From Octopus sinensis (taxonomy: Eukaryota): a stretch of 64,000 bases of DNA. Position 1 is the stretch's first letter. The number at the start of each line of letters is the position of its first letter. The stretch covers positions 13,764,001 to 13,828,000 of the forward strand of contig NC_043020.1 in assembly GCF_006345805.1 (NCBI RefSeq). The letters are read 5' to 3'. The notes under the pieces are model-generated. The model saw only the letters and a list, made by a program, of their open reading frames with translations, did no database searches and was not told where the DNA came from. This document shows positions 56,056 through 64,000 of the stretch, piece after piece. A program made the position numbers and the translations under genes.

Positions 56056-56280
56056 AAAGGAAATGAAGAAAATGCTGACAAAATAATTTAAGTAATTTAA
56101 TTAGGTGAAAGTTCTTTTTACCGGTTGCGCATTTGTTATGCTTATCAAAAAGAGAGATAGAGTTCTTTTCTGATAGATTTTTTCCTCTTATCTGACCAAA
56201 CCGGTAAAAAGAACTTTCACCTAATTAAATTACTTAAATTACTTAAATTATTTTGTCAGCATTTTCTTCATTTCCTTTTT
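56056..56280. repeat. Inverted repeat with about 70-bp arms between (TA)n tracts
   Basis: aaaggaaatgaagaaaatgctgacaaaataatttaagtaatttaattaggtgaaagttctttttaccggtt and its reverse complement. Confidence 0.9.
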
Positions 56281-56590
56281 TATATATCACAACTCGTGTT
56301 CCACATCTCCTTTTTTAAATATATATATATATATAGGATGTGGTAGTTATAATCTGCCTGCTGCTAATTTCCAGAACTTTACTGCAGACATTATGTAAAT
56401 TTGAATATTTGAGTTCAAGCTTTCGTTTTTATGTAATTCTTTGTTTGAAATTATAAATTGCTATTGACATATATTTTCTGCAACTGAATTTTAGCATTTC
56501 TAAGATTTAAAACAAAAAAAAACAAAAAAAAACAACAAACATAAACTTAATTTTTTTTTTCTTTTCCATTGCTTTTCTTCGAAATATCAG

Positions 56591-56682
56591 CAAGGCCAGA
56601 TTGAACTGGAAGTTGTCTTTGTAGCTCCTGACCAAGATAGTGATGACGAAAATCATGAATATGAAGACGAAAATGGATTTCG
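56591..56682 (+). CDS. GOPC: GOPC coding exon, PDZ C-terminal strand plus acidic linker (copy 1)
   Basis: Acceptor ...aaatatcag, donor CG|gtaaaa. Translates [30 protein letters not shown](R). 92 nt, phase 0-2. Confidence 0.88.
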
Positions 56683-57263
56683 GTAAAACTTTTATTCTAC
56701 ATCATGTCACCCATTTATTATTCCCATAAATCCGTTCTCACACCATGCTTCCTTATTTGTCACTGTCTGTGTGTCAACCAGTCATGAGATAACAGTTAAA
56801 TACAGCATTACATAATGGTCCCATTGTGCCACCATACTATTTTCTATATATCCCTATAGCTCTCTGGTGAATTATAATGCTAGATATTTATTAAGGCGGC
56901 GAGCTGGCAGAATCGTTAGCACGCCGGGCGAAATGCATAGCCGTATTTCGTCTGCCGTTACGTTCTTGGTTCAAATTCCGCCGAGGTCGACTTTGCCTTT
57001 CATCCTTTCGGGGTCGATAAATTAAGTACCAGTTAAGCACTGGGGTCGATGTAATCGACTTAATCCGTTTGTCTGTCCTTGTTTGTCCTCTCTGTGTTTA
57101 GCCCCTTGTGGGTAGTAAAGAAATATATAATGCTAGACATTTGTGGTTCTGTTGTGCCACCATACCAAATCTCTATTACTCTTTCTCTGTTTTTTTTTTT
57201 TGTCATTCTTTATTTTTGTTTGTTTTTTTTTTTCTTTTCCATTGCTTTTCTTCGAAATATCAG

Positions 57264-57355
57264 CAAGGCCAGATTGAACTGGAAGTTGTCTTTGTAGCTC
57301 CTGACCAAGATAGTGATGATGAAAATCATGAGTATGAAGACGAAAATGGATTTCG
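57264..57355 (+). CDS. GOPC: GOPC coding exon, tandem duplicate (copy 2) of 56591-56682
   Basis: Same splice sites and same peptide as copy 1. Differs only at GAC/GAT (Asp) and GAA/GAG (Glu). Confidence 0.7.
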
Positions 57356-58407
57356 GTAAAACTTTTATTCTACATCATGTCACCCATTTATTATTCCCAT
57401 AAATCCATTCTCACACCATGCTTCCTTATTTGTCCCTGTCTGTGTATCAACAGTCATGAGATAACAGTTAAATACAGTATTACATAATGGTCCCATTGTG
57501 CCACCATACTATTTTCTATATATCCCTATAGCTCTCTGGTGAATTATAATGCTAGACATTTATTAAGGCGGCGAGCTGGCAGAACCGTTAGCACGCCGGG
57601 CGAAATGCGTAGCCGTATTTCGTCTGCCGTTACGTTCTTGGTTCAAATTCCGCCGAGGTCGACTTTGCCTTTCATCCTTTCGGGGTTGATAAATTAAGTA
57701 CCAGTTAAGCACTGGGGTCGATGTAATCGACTTAATCCGTTTGTCTGTCCTTGTTTGTCCTCTCTGTGTTTAGCCCCTTGTGGGTAGTAAAGAAATATAT
57801 AATGCTAGACATTTGTGGTTCTGTTGTGCCACCATACAAAATCTCTATCGCTCTTTCTCTGTTTTTTTTTTTTATCATTCTTTATTTTTGTTTCGTTTTT
57901 TTCTTTCCTGTTATAAAGTGCAGACATGGTTGTGTGGTTAAGAAGTTTGCTTCCCAGCCATCTGGTTTCAGGTTCAGTCCCACCGCATGGCAACTTTATT
58001 TGGCAAGTGCCTGCTTCTACAATAGCTGCATCCCAACCAAAGCCTTGCGAGTGGATTTAGTAGATGGGGGTGCTCCAGCATGACCACAGCTGCATGAGTA
58101 AAAGAAATTGAAAGAATCCCAGGTGTGGCTATGTCGTCAAAAAAACTTGCTTTGGGTTCAGTCTCACTGCATGAGACCTTGGGCAAGTGTATTCCACTAT
58201 AGCCTCAGGCTGACTGAAGCTCTGTGAGTGGATTCTTCAAGGCAGTGCCCCAGCATGGCCACAGCATGTCTAGCCCTTACCTCTTTTCCATACTGTAAAA
58301 CTCATCATACAGCACACACACACATACACATACACTTCTTTGGCTAATACCCTGGGGTCGTACCACAGAATGTGATCCCCAGGCCACTACCACAACAGCT
58401 CCCGTCT

Positions 58408-58634
58408 CTTTACTCTTTTACTCTTTGTTTCGGTCATGTGACTGTGTCCATGCTGGAGCACCGCCTTTGGTCGAGCAAATCGACCCCAGGACTTATTCTT
58501 TGTAAGCCTAGTACTTATTCTATCAGTCTCTTTTGCCGAACCGCTAAGTTACGGGGACGTAAACACACCAGCATCGGTTGTCAAGCAATATTGGGGGGAC
58601 AAACACAGACTCACAAACATATACACACACATAC

Positions 58635-58665
<31 letters not shown>

Positions 58666-58835
58666 CATATATACAACGGGCTTCTTTCAGTTTCTGTCTA
58701 CTAAATCCACTCACAAGGCATTGGTTGGCCTGGGGCTATTGTAGAAGACACTTGCCCAAGGTGCCACGCTGTGGGACTGAACTCAGAACCATGTGGTTTG
58801 TAAGCAAGCTACTTACCACACAACCACTCCTGCGC
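58408..58835 (-). mobile_element. SINE family A, full length
   Basis: Same consensus. Confidence 0.85.
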
Positions 58836-59781
58836 TTCTTTATATTAACAGTACATTGTTTAATTAATGATTCGTCTAACAAACCTACCACCTTTAATTT
58901 AACTGCTTTTGTTATTGCTGTTGTTGTTTAGCCCCAGGTCTACTCTGATCAAAATACACCTGTGGCCAACAGCCTTCCAGTAGTGACCATCCTATCCTCT
59001 TTCTGATTTTTTTTTTTTTGGGGGGGGGGGGGTTGGAGACATATTGTATCTAAAACTACTTTATGTAAATCATTCTTTCATTTTCAAGATGTTAGGATGT
59101 TGAGGCAGGATGAGGTGTCTTCTTTTCATATTGTAACTATTGTTGTTGTTGTATGTTTACATATACTGTAGATGTGTTGATTGTAAACCATAAAGGTCAC
59201 TTCTCTATGAAAACCTCCAACAAATATATACAAAACAAACACTTTCTCACATTCAGGTTTCCCCCTTTACTAGGTTACCATAACAAACATCTTTTCAGCG
59301 ACTGGATTTTTATGTATTTTCTCACCGTATCAGGTTGCAGCTCTCCTTGAAAAATCAACTCTATCACATTTTATTGAACAAGATTATTGAACCAAGTCTT
59401 TCTGAAAAGAATTCCATCTTCTTCATAATATTTTTCTGGTGTAATATTTATTTATTTCTCTCTTCCAATACACGTATTCACTGATGCCAGATAACTGAGA
59501 AGACTTTTTCTATGATATTAACAAAAGAGAAAAAAAAAATGTGCCAATCCAATGTCTTTGACTCATCAAGATGTTTACACTCATAGATTATGGTAATCAA
59601 AACAACTTTCACTAAAACAGCACCATTAGTTTTGAGTTGAGAATAAAGATTACAAGAATTGAATATTAGTTCCAAAGATATTTTGTTACTGATTCTGTCA
59701 CCGATTTATATTCACAACTATTAAAGATGGGAAATACTAAATTTCTAAATCTCTCGTAGAGACATGTACAGTGGTGGGGCG

Positions 59782-60014
59782 ATAGAATGGTTGTATACTG
59801 TCAATCTAACACGAACGTGACAGTAGGGGGGTACACCACCGCTGTTTAGCCCTAGGAAGCATCGACGCCTCCTGATGGCTTTGACATTTTTTTTTCAGGA
59901 AAAATGTGTCAAAGCCATCATGAGGCGTCGATGCTTCCTAGGGCTAAACAGCGGTGGTTGTACCCCCCTACTGTCCATGTTGCGTGTTAGATTGACAGTA
60001 TACAACCATTCTAT
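59782..60014. repeat. Near-perfect 233-bp inverted repeat (hairpin)
   Basis: Left arm atagaatggttgtatactgtcaatctaacacg...gatggctttgaca; right arm tgtcaaagccatc...cgtgttagattgacagtatacaaccattctat. Confidence 0.92.
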
Positions 60015-60584
60015 TAAAGATGGTATCTCGAAAATTTGATACCAAACATAGAATTTCTGTTAACACTCCAAGAAATGAGAGGGAACGGTTATAAATGTCA
60101 GCATAGCTTAAATGTCATCAGGATAAATCTTCCCTCTCATCATCATCAGCATGGATCGCAATTTAAAATCCTCTCTTCAGCTTGGCATAGGTTGGGTGCT
60201 TTAACTCTTTAGCATTGACATTATTCTGTCAGAAGTAATGCTTATTTATTCACACTGTTTTGAATCATCATCATCATCGTTTAACGTCCGCTTTCCATGC
60301 TAGCATGGGTTGGACGATTTTGACTGAGGGCTGGCGAACCAGATGGTTGCACCAGTCTCCAATCTTGATTTGGCAGAGTTTCTACAGCTGGATGCCCTTC
60401 CTAACGCCAACCACTCCGAGAGTGTAGTGGGTGCTAATCATTCATGCGTGTTTTTTTTTTTCTAAACATCTACTTTGCATGTGTTAGCACCAACTTAGTT
60501 GTTGTGTTTTCTGCAGATGGCATCTCTGACTTATCATTATCCTTTAATCAATTCTATTTCCCAGCATCAACCAATGTACTGTTG

Positions 60585-60992
60585 GTTACTCTTTTACTTG
60601 TTTCAGTCATTTGACTGCGGCCATGCTGGAGCACCGCCTTTAGTCGATCAAATCGACCCCCCCGGGACTTATTCTTTGTAAGCCCAGTACTTATTCTATC
60701 GGTCTCTTTTGCCGAACCGCTAAGTGACGGGGACGTAAACACACCAGCATCGGTTGTCAAGCAATGCTAGGGGGACAAACACATACACACAAACACACAC
60801 ATACATACATATATATATATATATATACATATACACGACAGGTTTCTTTCAGTTTCCGTCTACCAAATCCACTCACAAGGCATTGGTCGGCCCGGGGCTA
60901 TAGCAGAAGACACTTCCCCAAGATGTCACGCAGTGGGACTGAACCCGCAACCACGTGGTTGGTTAGCAAGCTACTTACCACACAGCCACTCC
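60585..60992 (-). mobile_element. SINE family A, full length
   Basis: Same consensus. Confidence 0.85.
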
Positions 60993-61167
60993 TGGTTGGC
61001 AATTTCTGTACAGTTTCTTCGAGATTCTTTCATCTACAGTCTCTCTAGCAAGTTGGGTGAAGTCTGTGTTACTGAAGAGTTCAGCATTAGACCCAAACAT
61101 GCCCAGAATCATTGTTAGAAAACCCCCAAACTATCATAATTCATTGACTAACAATATATATATTTCT

Positions 61168-61169
61168 AT

Positions 61170-61201
<32 letters not shown>

Positions 61202-61223
61202 GTACACATAGAACTGTATATAT

Positions 61224-61261
<38 letters not shown>

Positions 61262-61423
61262 GTACACATAGAACTGTATATATGTACACACACACACACA
61301 CACATATGTACACATAGAACTGTATATATGTACAAACACACACACACACACACATATGTACACACAGAACTGTATATATGTACACACACACACACATATG
61401 TACACATAGAACTGTATATATGT

Positions 61424-61456
<33 letters not shown>
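61168..61456. repeat. Minisatellite tatgtacacatagaactgtatatatgta(ca)n
   Basis: Five units with a variable-length CA tract. Confidence 0.9.
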
Positions 61457-61457
<1 letters not shown>

Positions 61458-61999
61458 CAAAATCAAATTCAATGATTGGCATCCGTGCTAGTGGAGTGCT
61501 AAGAGCACCATCCGAGGATGATCGTTGCCAGAGCAACAAACTGGCTTCCATGCCATTGGCACGTAAAAAGCACAGTCAAGCGTGGTCATTACCTGCATCG
61601 CCTTACTGGCACTCATGCCGGTGGCACATGAAAAAACATTCAAGCGAGGTCGTTGCCAGTGCTGCTGGACTGGCTCCGGTGCAAGTGGCACATAAAAAGC
61701 ACCATTTGTGTGTAGCATTGCCCAGTACTGCCTGACTAGCCCTCGTGCCGGTGGCACGTAAAAGCACCCACTACACTCTCGGAGTGTTTGGCATTAGGAA
61801 GGGCATCCAGCTGTAGAAACTCTGCCAGATCAGATTGGAGCCTGGCGCAGCCATCTGATTCGCCAGACGTCAGTCAAATCGTCCAACCCATGCTAGCATG
61901 GAAAGCAGACGTTAAACGATGATGATGATGATATATATATATATATACACACACACACATACCCACATATATGTATACATACAGCTATATACACACACA

Positions 62000-62230
62000 A
62001 GGCGGCGAGCTGGCAGAAACGTTAGCGCGCCGGGCGAAATGCGTAACAGTATTCCGTCTGTCGCTACGTTCTGAGTTCAAATTCCGCCGAGGTCGACTTT
62101 GCCTTTCATCCTTTCGGGGTCGATAAATTAAGTACCAGTTATGCACTGGGGTCGATATAATTGACTTAATCCGTTTGTCTATCCTTGTTTGTCCCCTCTA
62201 TGTTTAGCCCCTTGTGGGTAGTAAAGAAAT
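62000..62230 (+). mobile_element. SINE family B (also at about 21567, 49110 -, 56894, 57565 and others)
   Basis: aaggcggcgagctggcagaa...ctgagttcaaattccgccgaggtcgac...gtgggtagtaaagaaata; B-box-like gttcaaattcc. Confidence 0.8.
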
Positions 62231-62406
62231 ATATATACACACACACACATCATCATCATACATACATATATTTCTAGCTTTCTAATTAGTGGTTTAATCA
62301 TCCAATTATGAAATATGTTACCATTTATTAATTTGTTCTGGTTGTTGTCATGGAAACTAACAAATGTATTTTCTTTCTTTCTTTCTTTCTTTCTCTCTTT
62401 GCTCAG

Positions 62407-62605
62407 TTACCGAATCTATGATGACGATGTTGCCAGTGACAGTGATGTGAGTAACGGCCAGGGCGAAAGTCCTTTAGACAATGAACTGAGGGAAAATGGT
62501 CCTTTGCTGCCACATAACACCCACACAGTGAAAATTGAGGGTCAGAGTAATTCTCCCACCCCTCCACTGACTACAGACCCCTCTCTTGGCAGCCCTGCCA
62601 GGTGA
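62407..62605 (+). CDS. GOPC: GOPC probable terminal coding exon
   Basis: Long pyrimidine tract then cag. The first T completes CG|T (Arg) from the previous exon, then YRIYDDDVASDSD...SLGSPAR-TGA, continuing the GOPC RYR(L/I)Y motif. ATTAAA at about 62623 is a possible poly(A) signal. Confidence 0.85.
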
Positions 62606-63689
62606 CTAAAATATATTTGTTTATTAAAGTAGAGACCACTTGTTTCGATTGCCACGTATTAAGGATGTTTTAATGGATGACGAGAAATCGTGGAGGCGCA
62701 ATGGCCCAGTGGTTAGGGCAGCGGACTCACGGTCGTAGGATCACGGTTTCGATTCCCAGACCAGTATCTTAATATATTAAATGGCACAATGTTGTCTGTG
62801 TGGGTGTATCCTTTATACGGAGGCGCAATGGCCCAGTGGTTAGGGCAGCGGACCGCGGTCGTAGGATCGCGGTTTCGATTCCCAGACCGGCGTTGTGAGT
62901 GTTTATTGAGCGAAAACACCTAAAGCTCCACGAGGCTCCGGCAGGGATGGTGGTGATCCCTGCTGTACTCTTTCACCACAACTTTCTCTCACTCTTACTT
63001 CTGTTTCTGTTGTACCTGTATTTCAAAGGGCCAGCCTTGTCACTCTCTGTGTCACGCTGAATATCCCCGAAGAACTACGTTAAGGGTACACGTGTCTGTG
63101 GAGTGCTCAGCCACTTACACGTTAATTTCACGAGCAGGCTGTTCCGTTGGTCGGATCAACCGGAACCCTCATCGTCGTAACCGACGGAGTGCTTCCAAAA
63201 AAAATTAATGGATGTATCTAGTAAAAGTCCATTGTCCCCTTGGCAGTGCTTATCTGTGTGTAGGGGACAGGGGGACAGCTTTTCTTTGTCAAATATCATA
63301 TTAAGACACAAGGGTCTTCAAGTTTAATCTGTTATTATGAATGCTTTATATGCACATACATACAGACACACACACACACACACACACACACATAAACATA
63401 CATACATACATATGGTTGCTTCCCAACCGCAAGGTTTGGGGTTCAGTCCCACCTTCAGACCAACCAAAGCCTTATGAGCAGATTTTTATAGATGGAAACG
63501 GAAAGAAGTCTGTGTGTGTGTGTGTCCTTCACATTGCAGAGCAGTTGTAAACGAGCATCACTTTCATACAAGCAGGGTTCTTTGTGTCCAAGCAAGGTAA
63601 TATTGCTCTGTGGCCAGTCATGTGAAAACCAAGCAAGGTTTTCACATGTAGTCATGTGAAAACCTTTCTTGGAAACATGTATGTTAGTT

Positions 63690-64000
63690 AGTTAGTTAGT
63701 TAGTTAATTTGGCTCAAAAGCAAATAGAAGGCATGTAGGGGGACACGGAGTTAAGTACAGGGTGGTGTTCATGTAAAGAGTTCAGGCCACTTGAGGTCAG
63801 GGAGGCTTTTGAACAAAGCGGTCGTCGGCAATCTTCACCATCTCATCTGGCAGCTTGTTCCACGGATCCGCAACCCGGACGGAGAAAGCTCCTCTCCTTC
63901 GATTGAGATGAAATCGTCGCAGGTAGAGCTTTTCGGAATGACCCCGCAGCCGACGCTCCGGAGCAGGAGTGAAGAAACAGCTCTTTCGAGAGGTTACACT
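63690..64000 (-). mobile_element. CR1/L2-like LINE 3' end with (TAAC)n tail
   Basis: Minus strand LRGHSEKLYLRRFHLNRRRGAFSVRVADPWNKLPDEMV; adjacent (GTTA)n. Confidence 0.7.

Larger units (their letters stand above)
56551..57905 (+). repeat. Two-copy tandem duplication (673-bp period) containing a GOPC exon and a SINE
   Basis: Exon starts are 673 bp apart. Intron sequence, the SINE and its TSD (tataatgctaga[c/t]attt) are all repeated with scattered substitutions. Confidence 0.93.

Noticed and set aside
61168-61456. Regularly spaced repeats superficially like a CRISPR array
   Set aside because: The spacers are just (CA)n of variable length; this is a eukaryotic minisatellite.

Overview
AT-rich, microsatellite- and retroelement-saturated animal DNA. 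The SINE families and repeat landscape suggest a coleoid cephalopod, probably Octopus (inference). The window holds the 3' half of a + strand GOPC/PIST/CAL gene (Golgi PDZ and coiled-coil protein), with exons at 16896-17061, 54019-54183, 56591-56682, a tandem duplicate at 57264-57355, and 62407-62605. I could not find the exon expected to encode the PDZ carboxylate-binding loop; it may lie in the N-gap at 42315-42414. The introns contain tRNA-type SINEs, RTE/CR1 LINE 3' ends, a fragmented HERO/R2-like LINE, two Penelope-like GIY-YIG fragments, mariner remnants, TTAA MITEs and a Helitron. Three signals stand out. (1) Minimal hammerhead ribozyme motifs (three with an intact catalytic core, several decayed) sit in short, often palindromic elements at (TA)n tracts, one of them sense to the GOPC pre-mRNA. 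(2) A duplicated 92-nt phase-asymmetric GOPC exon has two copies that differ only at synonymous sites. (3) Several long fold-back hairpins are present. Almost all ORFs in the supplied track are microsatellite or repeat artefacts. Everything was read by eye; repeat boundaries are approximate.
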